A stretch of 64,000 nucleotides of DNA from Escherichia phage vB_EcoM-G28, in sequence record NC_054916.1, one strand, 5' to 3'. Position numbers and translations under genes: made by a program. Each line of letters starts with the position of its first letter. Within the stretch, counting starts at the first letter, position 1. The notes under the pieces are model-generated. The model had not been told where the DNA came from and did no database searches. It saw only the letters and a list, made by a program, of their open reading frames with translations. Positions 60,060 through 64,000 of this stretch are shown here, piece by piece.

Positions 60060-60068
60060 ATCACCTTC

Positions 60069-60254
60069 TTAAAGCGTATTCACATAAGCTATTAATTCAT
60101 TTTCTTTCTTATCAAACCGATCAGCAAATTCTTCCTGCTGTTCGGGAGATAGCGGGCCGTATTCATCATAAAAGGTGTTTGCTTCTATATGCTCATCTAG
60201 AAGTTCATGGATAAGCTCAAACAATTTATCTTTTTGTTCTTTGCTTAGACTCAC
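60069..60254 (-). CDS. hypothetical acidic protein
   Basis: 61-aa ORF, apparent GTG start. Confidence 0.4.
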   Translation of the reverse strand: MSLSKEQKDKLFELIHELLDEHIEANTFYDEYGPLSPEQQEEFADRFDKKENELIAYVNTL

Positions 60255-60427
60255 AGTATGTCAATCCCCAAAAGTTTTAAAATGACTCGTTTCTGATTCA
60301 TAACCGCTACGATTGAATGACCGTTGGGGTCTTTTTGACCTGATCCAATTATAAATCCTTTTTGCGCAGAAAGTTCAATCAAAACATCAAGTTCACGTAA
60401 TAATTGATATTTTAAATCATCATTCAT
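60251..60427 (-). CDS. hypothetical small protein (58 aa; not in ORF track)
   Basis: ATG at 60425-60427 overlapping upstream stop; weak support. Confidence 0.3.
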   Translation of the reverse strand: MNDDLKYQLLRELDVLIELSAQKGFIIGSGQKDPNGHSIVAVMNQKRVILKLLGIDIL

Positions 60428-60651
60428 TTTGGTTTACCTTCTTTAACGAAATCAGGATAAGGATAAAATCCCGAATAAAATCCTTCACCTTTATGATTGA
60501 TGCATCCTTTATTAGAACAATAGCACCAATAATCGAAATCACAAGCCATTTCATCGTTGCATAAAGCAAAAACAACCGGCCACTTACACTTTTCACAGTG
60601 GGCATTTTTAAGAATATTAGTTTGGCTCATAACCATGTAACCTTTAAGCAA
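60424..60651 (-). CDS. hypothetical Cys-rich (zinc-binding?) protein
   Basis: 75-aa ORF; CEKCKW...CNDEMACDFDYWCYCSNKGC. Confidence 0.45.
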   Translation of the reverse strand: MLKGYMVMSQTNILKNAHCEKCKWPVVFALCNDEMACDFDYWCYCSNKGCINHKGEGFYSGFYPYPDFVKEGKPK

Positions 60652-60839
60652 TATTCTTCTACATGTTGTTTACGACCTTTCTTATCAATAAAGGTATATT
60701 CAACGAATGTTCCAATGTAGTCTTTATCTACATCGTGTGGACTATTAATTGGACATTTAGTACGGCAAATGCGTTCCCATTGACGAATAATTACTGCTTT
60801 GTTTTTAGGATCAAACGGATGCGGGTAATGTACTTTCAT
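60627..60839 (-). CDS. hypothetical protein
   Basis: 70-aa ORF, ATG at 60837-60839. Confidence 0.4.
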   Translation of the reverse strand: MKVHYPHPFDPKNKAVIIRQWERICRTKCPINSPHDVDKDYIGTFVEYTFIDKKGRKQHVEEYCLKVTWL

Positions 60840-61290
60840 AATCCACCACTATTAAATCAATATCAGGAGTAAACATGTCGATTAATTTAGAAACCTTATC
60901 CCAATCGCCGCCAGCAATACCACAACCTATGCGTGGAATGTAAATTACCGGTTTAAACAAAAGGGTTTCTGCCTGTAGATTTAATTCTATCATGCAGTTT
61001 ACTAAAGCACCATAATCAAGATTAGGACCTGGTTCGTATTGCGTATACAAGTTATAACATATGCCAAAACCATTAGGTTTATGTTTAAAAACAATAGACA
61101 TATCGCCTAATTTATCACGAGAACCGTACTCAGTAGTGGTTTTATCTATTTCTAAAATTTTGGGATAGGCTCTTGCTAATTGACCAGCTACACCACTGCC
61201 CATTGTATGAAAACAGTTACACCCATGCGCAATAATATTACCTTCAAGAAAGAGGGCGACAATATCGCCCTTGATATATTTTACAATCAT
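60811..61290 (-). CDS. macro-domain-like protein (putative ADP-ribose binding/processing)
   Basis: 159-aa ORF; IIAHGCNCFHTMGSGVAGQLARAYP resembles the macro-domain glycine-rich ADP-ribose-binding loop. Confidence 0.45.
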   Translation of the reverse strand: MIVKYIKGDIVALFLEGNIIAHGCNCFHTMGSGVAGQLARAYPKILEIDKTTTEYGSRDKLGDMSIVFKHKPNGFGICYNLYTQYEPGPNLDYGALVNCMIELNLQAETLLFKPVIYIPRIGCGIAGGDWDKVSKLIDMFTPDIDLIVVDYESTLPASV

Positions 61291-61634
61291 CTAGTACTCA
61301 ATCCTCGATTATAAGAATCTACCAAACGGTCAACCATTGAATGACAAGCGGCTTTATCTTTCTCCTCCGCAACTGAACATTCTAAGGTATTCCACTTTTT
61401 AGCATATCGTTTTAACAATGTATCATTTTTGTATCTGCTTGATTTATCTCTTTCTCCGTCTTTATATGCATATATTAATTTCTGCGCAAATTCAGCTTGA
61501 CATGCTTTATTTTTCCCACAATAATCTGCCGCAGTGCGGTTCACATACTCCCTAATTTCAGTATATGATGTATCTGCTGACGCATAAGCAGAAAATGAAA
61601 TTAATCCTATACATAAAACCAAAATTTTAGTCAT
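61287..61634 (-). CDS. hypothetical secreted protein (size/position of T4 vs)
   Basis: 115-aa ORF with N-terminal signal-like segment. Confidence 0.45.
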   Translation of the reverse strand: MTKILVLCIGLISFSAYASADTSYTEIREYVNRTAADYCGKNKACQAEFAQKLIYAYKDGERDKSSRYKNDTLLKRYAKKWNTLECSVAEEKDKAACHSMVDRLVDSYNRGLSTR

Positions 61635-62172
61635 TTACTATTTCCAAAAGTTTATTATTTTTAAGGTAATTAGCCTTTTCTAGGACTTCAGAAGCATATT
61701 TAGAACCTGCTTTAACATTCCATCCCGAATTATAAGAGGATATTGCTTTTCTTATATCGCCCTTATGTATATTTAACCAATAAGAAAGTTCAATGTACGC
61801 CCAGGAAGCTGAATTGGATCGTTTATTCAACATTCTTTTTATTTCAGCATCGGTCATATTATAACCAAGTTCCTTAACTCTCGCTCGCATAGTAGGCAAA
61901 TAATTTTGGAACATTCCATAAGCGTGATGCTTTGGTTTAGATTTTAAATTAACTCCGCCAGAGCTTTCTTGCCATAAAATAGCAGCCATTATATGACCTA
62001 ATCCGCTCTTGTGGATATTTTTGTGTGTTTTATATTTTCCATCCTTAGAAAATTGTTCCCCGAATTGATATGCGTAACGCATGTTATCGAGTTGGACATT
62101 ACTGAAAGTATGCTCGGAGCTATGTGCCATCATTGAAATGGCCAATAGACCAGCGAGTAGTGCTTTTCTCAT
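61627..62172 (-). CDS. secreted lytic-transglycosylase-like protein
   Basis: 181-aa ORF; signal peptide; AILWQESSGG resembles SLT-domain catalytic E-S motif. Confidence 0.5.
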   Translation of the reverse strand: MRKALLAGLLAISMMAHSSEHTFSNVQLDNMRYAYQFGEQFSKDGKYKTHKNIHKSGLGHIMAAILWQESSGGVNLKSKPKHHAYGMFQNYLPTMRARVKELGYNMTDAEIKRMLNKRSNSASWAYIELSYWLNIHKGDIRKAISSYNSGWNVKAGSKYASEVLEKANYLKNNKLLEIVND

Positions 62173-62179
62173 GCTTACC

Positions 62180-62641
62180 TCATTGAGTTTTAATTACTGC
62201 TTTAGAAGCCTTTCCTGGTAAACGACGACTGTTAATAATTGCCATCCTGCACTGAAGCGACGGGTCTTTGAACTTCGCATTAGGTTTACAAACTGTAAAT
62301 CCAAGCCAAAGATTTCCATCTGTGATTTCTAAACGTCCAGGACGGTATTCAACCCCATCAATAAAATCCTCGTCAATGTCAGGACGCGGAGGCATACTCA
62401 GGAATTCATTAACTTCTAAAACATGGTCTTTTATTTTGTGGAATAATTCAAAAACATATGTCTCATCAATCTCCCGTTGAATTGCACGATCAAGAAGATG
62501 CTGAGAATATTTTAGATGAAACGATGAGACTCCTGCTGCTTTTGATGCCTCACGAATCTCATTGTTAATTTGACGAAACTCCGACTCAAAGTGACGACGG
62601 AGCTTATTTCGACGGATAAAAACTTCTGTGTTGATAGTCAT
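62180..62641 (-). CDS. regB: RegB-like sequence-specific endoribonuclease
   Basis: 153-aa ORF immediately downstream of a consensus early promoter; size/position as T4 regB. Confidence 0.65.
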   Translation of the reverse strand: MTINTEVFIRRNKLRRHFESEFRQINNEIREASKAAGVSSFHLKYSQHLLDRAIQREIDETYVFELFHKIKDHVLEVNEFLSMPPRPDIDEDFIDGVEYRPGRLEITDGNLWLGFTVCKPNAKFKDPSLQCRMAIINSRRLPGKASKAVIKTQ

Positions 62642-62668
62642 GTTATTCTCCTCTTAACTGATAGAAAA

Positions 62669-62698
62669 ATTATACCACAGTCAAGAGGAAAAGTAAAC
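62669..62698 (-). promoter_or_regulatory. early promoter GTTTAC-N18-TATAAT upstream of regB
   Basis: plus-strand attata 62669-62674 and gtaaac 62693-62698. Confidence 0.65.
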
Positions 62699-62700
62699 AG

Positions 62701-63021
62701 TTATTCTTTAAATCTGATCAATTTATTCATAGACTTTGAAACTTCTGCACGAACCTCATGTAAGTTTTTAAGCTGTTCAAGACGCTGTTCATAGTAAGCA
62801 ATTTCATCTTCTTCGAGACAGTCCTGTGAATCTTCTTTAAGATAGCGTGCATAGTCCTGGAAAGCTTTACGGACTACTTCCTGGAAGTCATCAAGACTTT
62901 GAATTTTCTTAGGAGCGGCAGATACACGACGAGGGGCAGTATAATACTCATAACCAAACCCTGCACTTAATTGAGCCATTAGTATTTTTCCTCTGGTTGG
63001 AACACAGCACGGCAAGCCCAC
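62701..63021 (-). CDS. hypothetical protein (vs.3 position)
   Basis: 106-aa ORF. Confidence 0.4.
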   Translation of the reverse strand: MGLPCCVPTRGKILMAQLSAGFGYEYYTAPRRVSAAPKKIQSLDDFQEVVRKAFQDYARYLKEDSQDCLEEDEIAYYEQRLEQLKNLHEVRAEVSKSMNKLIRFKE

Positions 63022-63245
63022 ATACTTGCTTCTTTGAGTTTCGTTTTAGCAATAGTTAACTGATCGAGGCTTTCGGCGTAATTCTTCGCGAGTTCATCAT
63101 CTTCACAGCTATCAAATGCTTCCCAGAATTCATCGTATAAAGCGTCAAAGATAAGTCCCAAACGAACTTCAGCGTCTTTGATAGCATTCACTTTACCGAT
63201 TTTCTCTTCAGTATGCGGCTTATAACCCTTAATATCTTCAATCAT
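62979..63245 (-). CDS. hypothetical small acidic protein (vs.4 position)
   Basis: 88 aa from ATG at 63243-63245 (GAGGA RBS). Confidence 0.4.
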   Translation of the reverse strand: MIEDIKGYKPHTEEKIGKVNAIKDAEVRLGLIFDALYDEFWEAFDSCEDDELAKNYAESLDQLTIAKTKLKEASMWACRAVFQPEEKY

Positions 63246-63459
63246 ATTTAACTTCCTCACCAGTACATAAATCGTATTCAACTAAACGAATAGGTTCATG
63301 AATGCCATATCCCTGAACAGAAATTTCTGTCGTAGGATAAATTCCATCAATATCACCCATATTCCAGGCTTCATTAAATTGCTGTTCGCCTGAATTACTA
63401 AACCACTCGGCGAAAGCATTTAGTACATCTTTAGAACCTTCAATAATTATCTTTGCCAT
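63238..63459 (-). CDS. hypothetical protein
   Basis: 73-aa ORF. Confidence 0.4.
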   Translation of the reverse strand: MAKIIIEGSKDVLNAFAEWFSNSGEQQFNEAWNMGDIDGIYPTTEISVQGYGIHEPIRLVEYDLCTGEEVKYD

Positions 63460-63821
63460 TATAAGCTCTCAGTAAAGGTACGAGCGATAACGTCGCGCTG
63501 CTGTTCCGGAGTCAGAGAGTTAAAGCGAACTGCATAACCTGATACACGGATGGTCAGCTGCGGATATTTTTCCGGATGCTTAACTGCATCTTCCAGGGTT
63601 TCACGACGCAGAACGTTAACGTTCAGGTGTTGACCACCTTCAATTTTAACTGTAGGCTGTGTTTCAATTTCAATTTCACGGGCGTGCAATCCATAGAAAA
63701 TTTCCGGGTCTACAAAAGAGTCCTCTTTAAAGGTTTTAGAGACAATAATTCGTGCTTGAATACCATCTTCAAAATAAATAGTACCTTTATGTGTGCCTTC
63801 AAGAATTTGATATGCTTTCAT
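63459..63821 (-). CDS. GrcA/YfiD-like autonomous glycyl-radical cofactor
   Basis: 120-aa ORF; C-terminal glycyl-radical signature RVSGYAVRF within [60 protein letters not shown]; 3' half is GC-rich. Confidence 0.8.
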   Translation of the reverse strand: MKAYQILEGTHKGTIYFEDGIQARIIVSKTFKEDSFVDPEIFYGLHAREIEIETQPTVKIEGGQHLNVNVLRRETLEDAVKHPEKYPQLTIRVSGYAVRFNSLTPEQQRDVIARTFTESL

Positions 63822-63828
63822 ATAAACC

Positions 63829-64000
63829 TCAATTAGAAAATAAATTTATCCAAGATTGTTCTTTAATTAAAAATGGCTCAGAATCATATGCCATTAAACT
63901 TTGGGTGATTAGTCCTTTAAAAGGTCCATCAATAAATTCCATGGTAAAATATGGAATTTTATTCATTAGCCGTGCATTAGGAGCAGTACATAAAACTCTG
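63829..64000 (-). CDS. hypothetical protein, 5'-truncated by window edge
   Basis: open minus-strand frame running from window end to TGA at 63829-63831. Confidence 0.35.
   Translation of the reverse strand, partial: RVLCTAPNARLMNKIPYFTMEFIDGPFKGLITQSLMAYDSEPFLIKEQSWINLFSN

Noticed and set aside
60420-60605. 61-aa ORF overlapping ORF 60424-60651 in another frame
   Set aside because: The 75-aa Cys-rich frame has better coding features; the two cannot both be real over the full length.

Overview
The window is a 64-kb contiguous block of a T-even (T4-like, Tequatrovirus-type) lytic coliphage genome, almost entirely transcribed on the minus strand. Gene order follows the T4 early/middle region: rIIA, topoisomerase gene 39, dexA, dda, modA/modB, soc, 56, dam, primase 61, sp, dmd, helicase 41, uvsX, gene 42, imm, DNA polymerase 43, regA, clamp loader 62/44, clamp 45, rpbA, 46/47, alpha-glucosyltransferase, sigma factor 55, nrdH/nrdG/nrdD, endonuclease VII (49), nrdC, an 11-ORF block of unknown function (T4 nrdC.1-nrdC.11 positions), rI, tk, regB and a GrcA-like gene. 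Names rest on motifs read from the translations plus my recollection of T4 synteny and protein lengths; no database search was run. It is not reference T4: gene 39 is uninterrupted, no segF lies between soc and 56, nrdD has no intron, and a 280-aa putative glycosyltransferase sits where T4 has bgt. Five free-standing homing endonuclease genes are present (two GIY-YIG, three HNH). Sixteen early promoters (GTTTAC-N18-TATAAT on the minus strand) and about ten UUCG-loop terminators punctuate the region. The most interesting candidates are: a predicted PD-(D/E)xK nuclease-fold ORF translationally coupled to dam; a GrcA-like glycyl-radical gene whose 3' half is GC-rich and host-like; an AAA+ ATPase / nucleotidyltransferase pair; a duplicated translation-initiation region at an HNH insertion; and a zinc-finger module shared between GIY-YIG and HNH endonucleases. 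Coordinates of elements not in the ORF track were counted by hand and may be off by 1-2 nt.
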